DNA of 64,000 bases, taken from an uncultured Gemmatimonadaceae bacterium. GTDB taxonomy: Bacteria > Gemmatimonadota > Gemmatimonadetes > Gemmatimonadales > Gemmatimonadaceae. Positions within the stretch are counted from its first letter, which is position 1; each line of letters opens with the position of its first letter. The stretch is taken from contig CAWHHI010000009.1 in assembly GCA_963829055.1 (NCBI GenBank), forward strand, positions 148,206 to 212,205, written 5' to 3'. This document shows positions 29,421 to 40,994 of the stretch, piece by piece. Position numbers and translations under genes: made by a program. Under the pieces are notes generated by a model. It ran no database searches. It was not told the DNA's origin and saw nothing but the letters and a program-made list of their open reading frames with translations.

Positions 29421-31540
29421 ATGCGCGTCGCCATGCTCATCGATGCATCCAGAGGCAGTATCCCCTGGCGAACGGCAGTGCACATCGCGCTCGGCTCGGC
29501 GTGCGGCGCTGGAACGTTAGGCGCGCAAGCGGCCCTCGACAAAAGAGCGTCGGTGCCCGAACGCGCGGCGCTCGAGCGTATGCAGCTCGAACGCACGGTG
29601 GATCCAACGATCAGGCCGGGCGACGACTTCTTCGCCTACGCGAACGGCGGTTGGCTCGAGGCAACGGCGATCCCACAGGGCAGGGAACGCTGGAATGCCC
29701 GCGACGAGATCAATGAGCTGACGCGCTCGCGCCTCGCGCAATTGCTCGACGCCGCGCGTAACGCGCCGCCGGGTTCGTCGGCGCGAACGGTCGCTGACTT
29801 CCGTGCGGCCTGGCTGGACGAAACGACTATCGAAGCGCGGGGCCGAGCGCCGCTGCAGTCGCAGCTCGACAGCATCGACGCCATCGCGGATAAGGCGGCG
29901 CTCACTCGCGCTGCTAGGCAGTCGGATGCGTGCGGACGTCGACCCGCTGAACTGGGGCGTCTACGAGTCATCCAGCCTGTTGGGTCTGTCGGTGGAGCCG
30001 AGCATCCACGGCGAGAAGACGTACGTCGCCTTCCTGCTCCAGGGCGGACTCGGCCTGCCAGACCGCGAACAGTACGTCAGCGCCGAGCCGCGCCTGCGCG
30101 CGCTACGCACGACGTACCGAGAGTACATCAGTGCCCTCCTGTCGTTCGGCGGCTTCGACCATGCCGACCAACGCGCCGAGGCGGTGTTGTCGCTCGAGAT
30201 CGCGATTGCAGAGAGCCATGCGACGCGCGAGCAGTCGGCGAACGATCATAACGCCGACAATCTGTGGACGCGTGCGGACTTCGCTCGTCAGGCGCCGGGC
30301 ATTGATTGGTCCGCGTTCTTTGCCGCCGCGGGACTGGGGAAACAGGAATCGTTCGTCGCCTGGCAGCCCAGCGCGATCAGCGGTGTGGCGGCGTTGATCG
30401 CGTCGCGACCGCTCGACGCGTGGAAGGATTATCTGCGCTTCCACGTCGTTGCCGACCATGCGGCCGTGTTGCCGCGCGTCGTGGCCGACCGGGCGGCGGA
30501 GCTGCGTACCGCGGCCGCGCCGAATCAATCGCCGCAGGCTCCGCGCACCCAGCGCGCGCTCGATGCCACCCAACTCGCAATGAGCGACGCCATCGGAAGG
30601 ATGTACGCCGAGCGCTATTTCCCGGCCGAGCAGAAAGCTCGCGTGCGGCGGGTCGTAGACAACGTCACTGCTGCGTTCATCGCGCGGGTCGAGGGCGTCA
30701 CGTGGATGTCGCCGGCGACGCGAGCGCTGGCGCTGGCCAAGTTGAACGCGTTGTACGTCGGCATTGGCTACCCGGAGCGGTGGCCGGACGACTCCGGCCT
30801 CGTCATCGACCCACGGGACGCCATGGGCAACGTCCGGCGCGTCGCGGATCGCAACTACCGACGTGCGTTAGGCAGGCTCGGGCAACCTGTGGACATGCAG
30901 GAGTGGTGGATCGCGCCGCAGACGGTGGGTGCCGTGCTCGTGTTTCAGCAGAACGCGTACGACTTCTCGGCTGCACTGCTCCAGGCGCCCAAGTTCGATG
31001 CGACGGCGTCGGATGCGGCAGCGTACGGCGCCATCGGCGCCATCATCGGCCACGACGTGAGTCACTTCGTCGACGTGCTGGGCGCGGAGTACGGCGTCGA
31101 TGGCGCGATGCGCCGCTGGTGGACGGCCGAGGATGCAGCGCGCTTCCAGTCGCGGGCGCAGCCGTTGGTGGAGCAGTTCTCGAGCTACCGCCCATTTCCT
31201 GACGCCGCGATCGACGGCAAGCTCACCCAGACCGAGAACGTCGCGGACCTCGCCGGCCTCGCCTCGGCCTTCGACGCCTACCGTAAGACGTTAGGCGCGA
31301 AGGCGACGGACAGGAACTACGTGCGGCAGCAGGACCGGGAGTTCTTCATCGCCTTCGCCCAGAGCTGGCGCACGAAGATGAGCGACGCTGCCGTGCGTGC
31401 GCAGCTTTCCAATGATCACGCGCCCGAGATGTACCGTGTCTCCACCGTTCGCAATCTGGATGCGTGGTACGACGCATTCGACGTGCGTCCCGGGCCAGCG
31501 GCTGTATCTCGAGCCCAGGGCGCGCGTGAGAATCTGGTAG
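29421..31540 (+). CDS. M13 (neprilysin/PepO) family metallopeptidase-like protein with HDxxH variant (two frameshifts)
   Basis: 'PGDDFFAYANGGW', 'GLGLPDRE', 'IGYPERW', 'YGAIGAIIGHDVSH', 'ENVADLAG', 'RNLDAWY'. Confidence 0.85.
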
Positions 31541-31571
31541 CGCGTCCACCCACGGGCTACCACGGAGCTCG

Positions 31572-32333
31572 ATGCGCGTCACCGTCTGTGAGCTCCCGCA
31601 TGAGACTACAGCCCTACGGTCTGCATGGGCGGCGCTGTGCGAGCACACAGTAAGGCAGTCCTCGGAGCTCGTGCTGTTGCCCGAGCTCGCGATGGTCGAA
31701 CCAGTGTGGGAATCGGAGCACGTCGACCTCGCGCGTTGGAGCGCCGCGGAGGCGCTGTGCGAGAGCTGGCTCTCTCGTCTCCTGGAGCTGCATGCGCCTA
31801 ACGTCGTGGGCACCCGTCCGATCACTATCGACGGGCGACGGTTCAACCAGGGCTACATCGCGTCCGCTGCCTACGGCGTGATGCCGTTGCGCCGCAAGTT
31901 CTTTCTGCCCAATGAGCCAGGTGGCTCTGAAGCGCGCTGGTTCGACAGAGGCGACGCCGATTTCCCAGTCTACCGGGCCGGCGCGCTCTCGTTCGGGCTC
32001 AACATTTGTACGGAGCTGTGGGCGCTGGAGACTTACGCGAACTACGCGCACGGTGGCGTCCAGGCGATCCTGTCGCCGCGAGCGACAGCACTGGCTACGG
32101 CGGCCAAGTGGGTGTCCGCGGGAGTGGTGGCGGCGGTGCGGTCAGGCGCGTTCAGTCTGTCGTCCAACCGCGTGGAGCCGACGGGCGCGTGCGGCGGTAC
32201 AGGCTGGATCATCAGCCCGGATGGCGATATTCTGGCGACGACGACGCGAGAGGTGCCGTTCGTCACGATCGATATCGATCTCAATGCGCCGGTCGCGGCG
32301 CGGGCGACGTATCCGCGCTACGTATTTGGCTGA
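31572..32333 (+). CDS. Carbon-nitrogen hydrolase (nitrilase superfamily)
   Basis: E-K-C triad: 'LLPEL', 'RKFFLP', 'ICTELW'. Confidence 0.88.
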   Translation: MRVTVCELPHETTALRSAWAALCEHTVRQSSELVLLPELAMVEPVWESEHVDLARWSAAEALCESWLSRLLELHAPNVVGTRPITIDGRRFNQGYIASAAYGVMPLRRKFFLPNEPGGSEARWFDRGDADFPVYRAGALSFGLNICTELWALETYANYAHGGVQAILSPRATALATAAKWVSAGVVAAVRSGAFSLSSNRVEPTGACGGTGWIISPDGDILATTTREVPFVTIDIDLNAPVAARATYPRYVFG

Positions 32334-32473
32334 GCTTCAGCACGCTGACTGCGAGGGTCGCCGCCGATGTCCGTTTTCGTGCGCGCGATGCGTGGTAGAC
32401 CATGGGTGGTAGACGCATGGACGCGACGCACTGCTGCGCGACGCGCCATTCACTCCTCTCAGCTTTCCGAGCC

Positions 32474-32510
32474 ATGCCCTACGTGAACGTGCGCATCATC
32501 CGAGGTGATA
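32474..32510 (+). pseudogene. 5' relic of a 4-oxalocrotonate tautomerase-family gene
   Basis: 'MPYVNVRIIRG' resembles the 4-OT N-terminus (Pro after Met); similarity stops after ~12 codons. Confidence 0.45.
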
Positions 32511-32526
32511 GGCGCGGAATTTCGAC

Positions 32527-33099
32527 GTGCGCCTTCTCGCCATTTCAGGTAGCCTCCGAGCTGGGTCGCTCAATACCGCCATCCTCGAGGCCGCGCGCCT
32601 GCTCGCGCCGCCTGGCGTGGACGTCGACCTGTACGAGGGCTTGCAGGACCTCCCCGCGTTCAACCCGGACCTCGACGAGCCCGGCACGGAGCTCCCGCCC
32701 CTGGCAAGCGCCCTGCGCCGCCGCGTGTCGGCCGCGGACGGACTCCTCATTTGCAGTCCCGAGTACGCGCACGGCATTCCGGGGTCGCTCAAGAACCTGC
32801 TCGACTGGCTGGTAGGGAGTGTGGACTTTGCTGGCAAGCAAGTGACGCTCATAGCGGCATCACACCGGTCAGTGTTCGCGCAGGCGCAGCTCGCAGAGGT
32901 GCTGCGGACGATGGCGGCGCGGCTCGTGCCCGACGAAGCGGTAGTCGTGCCGGTCCCGAGCCGAGCGCTGGACGGGCGAGCGATCGCGTCCGACCCGCAG
33001 CTCGCCGCCATTCTGAGGCACGCGATCACGGTCGCGGTGCAATCGCTCGATGGGCCACCGCCGGTCTCGCCTCGCGACCCGGCTGCTAACGGTCTCTGA
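32527..33099 (+). CDS. NADPH-dependent FMN reductase
   Basis: 'AISGSLRAGSLN', 'LPAFNPD', 'SPEYAHGIPGSLKNLLDW'. Confidence 0.92.
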   Translation: MRLLAISGSLRAGSLNTAILEAARLLAPPGVDVDLYEGLQDLPAFNPDLDEPGTELPPLASALRRRVSAADGLLICSPEYAHGIPGSLKNLLDWLVGSVDFAGKQVTLIAASHRSVFAQAQLAEVLRTMAARLVPDEAVVVPVPSRALDGRAIASDPQLAAILRHAITVAVQSLDGPPPVSPRDPAANGL

Positions 33100-33166
33100 C
33101 GGCGTGAGATGTCCACTTCTGCGTGGCGCGCCGCGTAGCGTTTGAGGATGGCGTGATGTCGCTACG

Positions 33167-34537
33167 TTGCAAGGCATGACCACGCACGCCATGTCAATCC
33201 GGCGCCCGCGGCCCTATGGCCTGTACGCCATCTGCTTCGGATTCTTCCTCGTGTTGTTCGACACGAGCGCGGTCAACGTCGCGGTCGGCGCCATGCACCG
33301 CGAGTTCGGCGTGATGAGCGACCTGCAGTGGATCGTGAACGCGTACACGATCGTGTTCGCGAGCCTCGTGCTGACCTGCGGCGCTCTCGGCGACCGGTAC
33401 GGCGCGAAGCGCCTCTACCGGCTCGGACTCGGGTTGTTCACGGCGATGTCGCTCTCCTGTGCGCTGTCGCCGAGCGTCGGGTTCCTGATCGCGATGCGAA
33501 TGATGCAGGGACTGGGCGCGGCGATGATGCTGCCGGCGTCGCTCGCGCTCCTGAGCCACGCGTACCCCGACCCGCGTGCGCGGGCGCGCGCCGTGTCGTT
33601 CTGGGCGGCGATCGTGAGCCTGGGGTTCGCGGCCGGTCCAGCGTTAGGCGGCGTGTTCACCAGCTACTTCGGATGGCGGAGCATCTTTCTGCTCAACGTG
33701 CCGATCGGCATCGTCGCGCTGCTCATGGTGACGGCGTTCACGGACGAGACCGACCGTGCAACGGCGCGGCCGCTCGACTGGGCCGGCCAGCTCACCGTCT
33801 CACTCGCGCTCTGGGCGCTGAGCTACGCATTGATCGAGGCGGGGAATGGCGGCTGGGCCGCGCCGCGCGTGCTGGCCGCGTTCGCCGCGACCATCGTGCT
33901 CGCCGGCGTGTGCGCTTTCACGGAGCGACGGAGCCGATCGCCGGTGTTTCCGCCTGCGCTCTTCTCGCGCCCCGCGTTCGTCGCGTGCGTTGCCGCCGGG
34001 GTCGTGATGAGCCTCGGCGCGTACGGCATCCTGTTCGTCGAGTCGATCTACCTGCAGAGCGTCCGCCACCTGAGCGCGCTGGCGGCGGGCGCGATGATCG
34101 TGCCGCTCACGGTGCTCCCGACCGTGACCACGCGGCTGATCGATCGCTATCGCGCGGACATGCCCTTCAAGCCGCGGCTCGTGGCGGGGCAGATCATCGG
34201 GTTGGCGGGGGCGGGAGCCATGGTGCTGTCGGTGCGATATCCAGCAACCGCAATCATCCTGATCGGGTTCGGGCTGCTCGGCGTCACGTTAGGCTTCGTG
34301 ACCCCGGCGATGACGACCGGTGTGCTCACGACGTCGCCGGCGGCGATGTCGGGGCTGGCGTCGGGGATTCTGAATGCCGGCCGTCAGGTGGGCGGCGCGA
34401 TCGGCGTGGCGCTCATGGGCACGCTCGTGCAGATGCATCAGGGCCGCGGCATGATGGTGTCGTTCAGCGTGGCGCTGGTGTTGTTCGGCGTCATTGCGGT
34501 GGGCGCGCAGCGGGCGATCCCGGAGCCGGCGTCGTAG
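33167..34537 (+). CDS. MFS transporter, DHA2 (EmrB/QacA-like)
   Basis: 'LFDTSAVNVA', 'LQWIVNAY', 'GALGDRYG', 'GPALGG..WRSIFLLNVPIG'. Confidence 0.9.
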   Translation: MQGMTTHAMSIRRPRPYGLYAICFGFFLVLFDTSAVNVAVGAMHREFGVMSDLQWIVNAYTIVFASLVLTCGALGDRYGAKRLYRLGLGLFTAMSLSCALSPSVGFLIAMRMMQGLGAAMMLPASLALLSHAYPDPRARARAVSFWAAIVSLGFAAGPALGGVFTSYFGWRSIFLLNVPIGIVALLMVTAFTDETDRATARPLDWAGQLTVSLALWALSYALIEAGNGGWAAPRVLAAFAATIVLAGVCAFTERRSRSPVFPPALFSRPAFVACVAAGVVMSLGAYGILFVESIYLQSVRHLSALAAGAMIVPLTVLPTVTTRLIDRYRADMPFKPRLVAGQIIGLAGAGAMVLSVRYPATAIILIGFGLLGVTLGFVTPAMTTGVLTTSPAAMSGLASGILNAGRQVGGAIGVALMGTLVQMHQGRGMMVSFSVALVLFGVIAVGAQRAIPEPAS

Positions 34538-34732
34538 CCGTTCGCGCGGTTCGTTGGTGGGTCGAAACCGCCACGAGCCTAACGCCAGATGACGACGGTT
34601 GATACGACCACCGACCGGTCAGTCTGCATGCTGGTCGCGCCCGTTCATGAATTGCCGTCCGGTTTGAGGTGCGTACTGCGTTACATGCGCTGATCCACAT
34701 GCGCGTCGCATCTCTCATCTCAGGAGCAATTC

Positions 34733-36353
34733 ATGCGTTGGTTTTCGTCCCAGGTCGGCACCTTGGTCCTCGCGCTCTCCGCGGTGGCGCTCGGCGCCTG
34801 CGCGGATCGCCCCAAGCCCACCGAGGCTTCGCCGCCTGCCGGACCCGACCCACTCATCATCATCGGCGGCGGTGGCGGCGACGAAGTCCCGCCGCCTCCC
34901 GCGCCCATTACCATCGGGTCGCTGACCAGCGCCGATTTCGAGGTCGCGATCGACGGACCCTCCGTACCGTACACGGCGACGCTGAACAATCCGGGACCCC
35001 AACGCCCGAACGTGGCGCTCCAGGGCTGGATCACCCAGGGAGCGACGCGCCGCGCCGCCGGCGGCCAGCTCGTCACGTGCGGTCTGTCCGCGGGCGTGAT
35101 GCCGATCGGCAACTGCACGGCCGCAGGGCCCGATCGTGGCGTCCAGCACGACTGCGGGGAGCGGGGCGTTCGTCCCCGGCAGCGCGACATTCGAGCTGCA
35201 GCTGAAACAGGATGGGGTGGTCGTGGGCTCCAAGACCGTCGGCGTCATCCTCGTGCCTAACAGGCCGAGGATCTCCGGCGTGACCCTGAGTGCCGACTCG
35301 GTCATCATCGGCGGACCGGGGATGACGTACACGACGTCGCTGCAGAGTCCGGGGCCAACCCGGTCGAACGTGCGGCTCCGCATCTATCTCGGCCAGGCGA
35401 CGACGCATACGCTCGTGAGTGACGCGCTCGTCGCGTGCGGAGGCGCGTTAGGTGACGTGCCGAAGGGCGCCTGCACGATCCGCGGCGGATTCACAACGCC
35501 CGATGCGACAATCAAGCCCGGTCAGGCGGGCGTCGAGATGCAGCTGGTCGACAACGGGACGGTGCTGGAGACGCGGACCACGTCGTGAAGTCCGTGTCGA
35601 GCACGAGGCTCGGCGTCCTGCGTCCGGGTCGTGACTCCGATCGCGCTCGGCGGCTCGAGCGTGCCGTACACGCTGACGCTCCAGAACGTGGGACAGCTCC
35701 GCTCCGGCATGTACCTCAGGACCGATATTTCTCAGGCGAACACCGAGCTCGCCCAGCACGGACCCGCGCCGTAACCTGGACATGGGTCTCGTCGATTGTG
35801 GAAGCGGACCGGCGTGTTGCCGGTCGGCGGCTGCACGGTGTCGGGCACGTTCAAGGCATCCAACACTGACCTCGGAATCTCGGGCTCGGGACATTGAAGC
35901 TGGGTCAGGCGTTCTTGACGGTGTCCCTGCTGGACTCGACCGGGTACTTCCAGGAGACGAAGTCGGTGTTCGTGACGATCATCCCGAACACGCTGACGAT
36001 CGCGGGCGTGAGCGCGAGCTCGTTCACTCCCGTCATCGACGGCGCGAGCGTTCCGTACACCGCGTCGCTCCAGAATCCCGGAGTGAGCCTCTCGAACATC
36101 TTCGTGATGGCGTCGGTCGTCCAGGGCGCAACGCGACGCGACGCCGGCGGGACGCTGGTGAACTGCGGGAGCGGGTCGGGCGTGCTGCCGACCGGCACGT
36201 GCGCGGTGCCGAGCACGTTCAGCGGCGTCCAACACGCTCGGTGGAACCGGAACGCTCGTGGCGGGTCCCGCGACGCTGCAACTGCGAGTCATGCAGGGAC
36301 TGACCACGGTGCTCTATACGATGAACCTTCCGGTGACTCTCACGACCCCGTAG
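34733..36353 (+). CDS. Lipoprotein with four tandem ~110-aa Cys-containing repeat domains (frameshifted)
   Basis: Lipobox 'LGAC'; repeated 'I(D/G)GxSVPYTxxLxNxG...LVxCG..GVLPxGxC'. Confidence 0.7.
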
Positions 36354-36546
36354 GGAGCTGTAGGGAAGAGCCCGCAGGGCGCGGCTCTACACGGGCCGAG
36401 CGGTGCCTAACGTGCGGCGGCTCGCCTCGGATCGTCGGTGATGAACCAGGGACGGTGGCTATCGGCCACCGTCCCCTGCTCGGCAAGCAGCCGAAGCACA
36501 CGCACATCGGCTGCTCCTCACCCCGACAGGCAGCCGCACCGGTCCA

Positions 36547-39225
36547 CTACTTCTGACGCTTTTCACGCATCCGCTCACGCAACTCGTACTTCCAGTCGTG
36601 GGCGACGACGATCTGATCGTTAGGCCCGACGGCCTGCAGCAGCGCGAAGGACTTGCCGTCGGGCGACACGTCGTAGTTCGCGTGTTGCGGAACGTTGAGC
36701 AGGTAGTTGCCTTCGAACATTGGCGTCCGCGCCGTCACGGCGAAGTCCGGACTCGTGCGAATCGTCGCGGCGTGGAGTCGACCGTTCGACACGTAAAAGA
36801 TGCGCTTCCCGTCGCGCGACCACACGGGCGCCATGCCTCCCGTCGGCGTGACCTGGTAGATCGCCCCGGTGGGCGGGAACGGCTGCACGTACACCTGCAG
36901 GGTACCGTCCTTGTTCGAGCCGTACGCGACCCACTTGCCGTCGGGTGAGAACTTGGGCGAGATCTCCGCCGCAGGTGTGGCCTCGATCGGCTTGCTCGTG
37001 GTGTCGCCTTCGAGCCGGCGATAGAGAATGTCCACCGGTTGCGTGGGGGTCGAGCGCCAGTACACAAGCGTGCGGCCGTCTGGGCTGATCACGCCCGCGT
37101 TGACCGTTTCCGGAGCGCGCTCGGCCAGCTCGCGGACGCCGCTGAAGTCCGAGTTCCGCCACCAGAGCGAGCTGCCTCCCGAACCGCTCGACGCGTACAG
37201 CACGCGTTTCCCGTCAGGGGTCCACTCCGGGCGCGAGTTGCGCTCACCCTCGGAAGTGAGCTTCGTCGGCGTTCCCGACGCGATGTCGTGGATCCACACG
37301 TCGCTGCCCCTGCTCGACGCGATCGCGAGCGCCAACCGCGATCCGTCGGGCGAGAACCGCGGGGCGGCGTAGTCGCGCGGTTCGGCGAGGAGGACGCGTG
37401 TCCGCCCCGTCACATCCGAGAGCACCACCTCGCTGGTCCTCGCCGCGCTCACGTACGCGAGCGATCCACTCCGTGAGACCGCCGCGCGAACCAACCCTGA
37501 TTGACTGATGTCCACCTGATCGACGACCTGAACCGGACGGCCTGTCACTCGGTGCGCCGCGACGTCGAACGCAACGGCCATGATCGCGCCGGCCGATGTC
37601 CCGTAAATGAGGTAGCCGTCGACGACACCAATGGGCGATGCGCCACCGATGTCCAACACGGTCGCCCGCCCGGTGCTCAACGACATGACACCGATGCGGG
37701 ACGTCTGCATGCTCCCGCGCCAGCTCAGATACACGACCGTCTCGCCATCATCCAGCACGCGAGGACTTCGCTGCCCGCGCTCGCCGTCAACACCCGCGCC
37801 GCGCCCGATGGGCCGGAATTGGCCACCCGCGGACGGGACGGTCATCAACCTGTCCTTCACTGATGCGATGATCACGTCGCCGGGCGCCCACGCCGCGCCC
37901 AGCACCGGAGCGCCTTCCGCGACGTCGACTGCGGGGCCGCCGGCGAGCGGCACCCTTCTCACAATACGTGCGCCCGGGTTCGAAAAGCCGAGCGATGTCC
38001 CGTCAGGCGAGAAGAACGGTCCAATCGCGGGATCCGCCTCGCGGATCACCCGCGTGGCCAGTTGCCCAACTTCGCGGATGGCGAGCCGTTGATCGCCTGC
38101 CTCGGTCCGCAACGTGAACGCGATGAACCTTCCGTCGGGCGAGATCGCGATCTGTGTGCCTGGTGCAACGTCATCGCGCGGTCCGCCAGGGGCGATCGTG
38201 AATCGCACGGTGCGTCCATCGATCTCGTCAGGCCCGCGTGTCCAGCCCCACGCGGCCAGCGCCACGCCGATCCCGGCCAGGGCGAGCGCACCGAGGACGA
38301 TGGGATCGCGCGAGCGTCGAGCCCCGGACCTCGCGCGAGTCCCTAACGCGGCGGGTAGGGAAGACGCATCCAGCCGAGCGGGATCGGCAACGAGTCTTCC
38401 CTGCAGGGCCTCGGCGAACTCACGCGCGGTCGCCCACCGATCGGCTGGCAGCTTCTCGAGCGCCCGCTCGATCGCTGTCGCGGCGTACGCGGGGACGTTA
38501 GGCCGGACGGTGCGGATGCCACGGGGCCGCTCGGTCAGCACGCGCGCGATGACCGCCTGCATCGTGCTGCCGGTGTGCGGTGGGTCGCCGGTCAGCATCT
38601 CGTACGGTCACCGCGGCGAGCGAGTAGATGTCGCTGCGCGCGTCGATCGTCTGGTCGCCCGTGGCCTGCTCGGGGCTCATGTACTGCGGCGTACCTAACG
38701 ACAGCGCCGGTCTGCGTCATCCGCGCGCCTCCGGCATTGCTCACCGCCAGCGCGATCCCGAAGTCGGCGACGACCGGCTGCCCCGCTTGCAGCAGGATGT
38801 TCTCCGGCTTGAGGTCGCGGTGGACGACGCCATGCGCGTGCGCGTAGTCGAGCGCGCCGGCGACCGCCACCGCGATGCGGACGGCCTCGTCCACCGGAAG
38901 CTGTTTCTCGCGATCGATGCGCTGCCGGAGGCTTTCCCCGTCGACGTACGGCATCACGTAGTACGAGCAGCCCGTTCGCGTCGCCGGAGTCGAACAACGG
39001 CAGGAGGTTCGGGTGCTGGAGGTTCGCGGTGACGCGGATCTCCGCGAGGAAGCGGTCGACGCCGAGGACGGCGCCGAGCTCCGGGTTGAGGAGCTTGAGC
39101 GCGACGGCGCGGCGGTGGCGGATGTCGCGCGCGAGGTACACGGTCGCCATGCCACCGCGGCCGATCTCGCGCTCGATGACGTACCGGTCCGCGACCGCCG
39201 AGGTCAGTTCGCTGGGAATGCTCAC
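36547..39225 (-). CDS. Ser/Thr kinase with C-terminal TolB/PD40 beta-propeller (frameshifts in the kinase part)
   Basis: GRGGMATV, HRDLKPEN, DFG, MSPEQ; repeated SPDG motifs. Confidence 0.88.
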
Positions 39226-39339
39226 GAAGGCGCGATCAGAGGTGACGCTCCGAATCTAACGGCCTCGGGGTAGCTTCATCGACATCTCCCGCCGCTCGCG
39301 GTATTCTCGAGGCCACGTCTCCAACCAAGGCTCCGCCCC

Positions 39340-40761
39340 GTGACGCTGCGCATCGCCTTCCTGCTGCTTTCGCTTCTCGCCACCGCGCTGCCCGCTCAGG
39401 AGCGCGACGTCGTCGTCACCGGCGGCTGGCTCTTCACGTCGACCGGCAACGATCGCATCCGCAATCCTGGCATCCTGATTCGCGGCGGCAAGATCCTGCG
39501 CGTCGGCGGCGACGTCTCGATCGCGGCGCCTAACGCCGAGCGAGTCGCGGTCGCCGATACGGAGACGGTGATACCCGGCCTGTTCGACCTCCACGCGCAC
39601 TACGCGATAGAGCTCTTCGGCGCCGGCCGTAAGGATGAAACCGCTGCGTACCCGTCGCTGTTTCTCGCGAACGGTGTCACGGCGACGTTCCCGGCGGGCG
39701 AGATGGATCCGAACGTCATGCACGACCTGCGCGTCCGGATCGAGAATGGGGCCGAGCCCGGACCGCGACTGCTCAACTCCGGTCCGTACTTCGGCACGGC
39801 GCGGCCGGGGTGGGATCGCGACATCACCGCGCAGCAGATCTACGACGAGGTGGATCACTGGGCGGAGCTCGGCGTCAAGGGATTCAAGGCGAAGGGCATC
39901 ACGCCTGAGGAACTACGCGCACTCATCGAGCGAGCGCACTTTCACGGGCTGACGGTCACCGGCCATTTGGATAGTGGCAATCGCAACAGCGTGAACCCGC
40001 GCGACGCGATTCTCATGGGGATCGACCGCATCGAGCACTTCATGGGCGGCGACGCATTCGTGGCGGACAAGTCCGCGTACGCGTCGTACGAGCACATGAC
40101 GTTCGCCACGCCGGAGTTCAAGCGCATCGCGCAGCTCTACAAGCAGGAGCACGCGTACTTCGACGCGACGCTCAGCGCGTACGGCTACTACGGAAAGAAG
40201 GATCCCGACGTCTTCACGTATTTCGTCGACGAGAAGAAGTTCCTCACGCCGTACATGCGGTCGGTCATCGACGCGCGTGCGCCGCGGCCGGTGAACGCGC
40301 AGTTCGAGAACATCTACTGGACGAAGCGGAAGGAGATCAAGGCGTTCTACGACGCCGGCGGCGGCGATCTCATCACGTTAGGCACCGATCATCCGAGCTG
40401 GGGCGAGTTCTTCACGCCGTTCTCGGTCCACCGCGAGCTCCAGTCGCTCTCACGCTCTGGTATTCCGAACGCCGCCGTGCTTCGGATCGCCACGATCAAC
40501 AGCGCACGCGCCATCGGACTCGGCGATCGGCTCGGGTCGATCGAGGTGGGGAAGTGGGCGGACCTCGTGGTCGTTCGCGGCAATCCGCTCGCGGACATTC
40601 GTCGCACGCGTCTGCCGCGTCTCGTGATCAAGGCGGGGCGAGTCTACGATCCCGCCGCTCTCATGACGTCGGTGGAAGGAAAGATCGGCCCGATGAGCGC
40701 TGCGGATACCGCCGCCTGGGCTCCGACACCGCGTCGGGGCCGCCCAGGAGCCGATCAATGA
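39340..40761 (+). CDS. Amidohydrolase-family protein (secreted)
   Basis: Signal peptide; 'IPGLFDLHAH', 'GTDHP', 'LGSIEVGKWADLVVV.GNPL'. Confidence 0.9.
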   Translation: MTLRIAFLLLSLLATALPAQERDVVVTGGWLFTSTGNDRIRNPGILIRGGKILRVGGDVSIAAPNAERVAVADTETVIPGLFDLHAHYAIELFGAGRKDETAAYPSLFLANGVTATFPAGEMDPNVMHDLRVRIENGAEPGPRLLNSGPYFGTARPGWDRDITAQQIYDEVDHWAELGVKGFKAKGITPEELRALIERAHFHGLTVTGHLDSGNRNSVNPRDAILMGIDRIEHFMGGDAFVADKSAYASYEHMTFATPEFKRIAQLYKQEHAYFDATLSAYGYYGKKDPDVFTYFVDEKKFLTPYMRSVIDARAPRPVNAQFENIYWTKRKEIKAFYDAGGGDLITLGTDHPSWGEFFTPFSVHRELQSLSRSGIPNAAVLRIATINSARAIGLGDRLGSIEVGKWADLVVVRGNPLADIRRTRLPRLVIKAGRVYDPAALMTSVEGKIGPMSAADTAAWAPTPRRGRPGADQ

Positions 40762-40802
40762 ACCGTTGGCACTCCTGGAGAAGCTGCACGTCTACCAAGT
40801 AG
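40752..40802 (+). pseudogene. 3' tail relic of a paralog of the FAD oxidoreductase at 56472-57716
   Basis: 41/47 nt identical to 57670-57716; INEPLALLEKLHVY vs IDEPLALLEKLHIY. Confidence 0.75.
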
Positions 40803-40994
40803 CCCTGCGACGCCTACACGTCCGCGCGATGGACTTCAGCGCGGCGGCGTCTCGCCGGCGGCGATCGCCTCCGCCTCGAGCCATGCATCCTCACGGGTCT
40901 TCGTCTTGTACTCATCTTTCTCGTGCATGTCGAGGCGCAAGACTGTGTTGCCGATTCGCACCAGTGCCATTCACCCTGCGCGCGCTGCGTCCAT

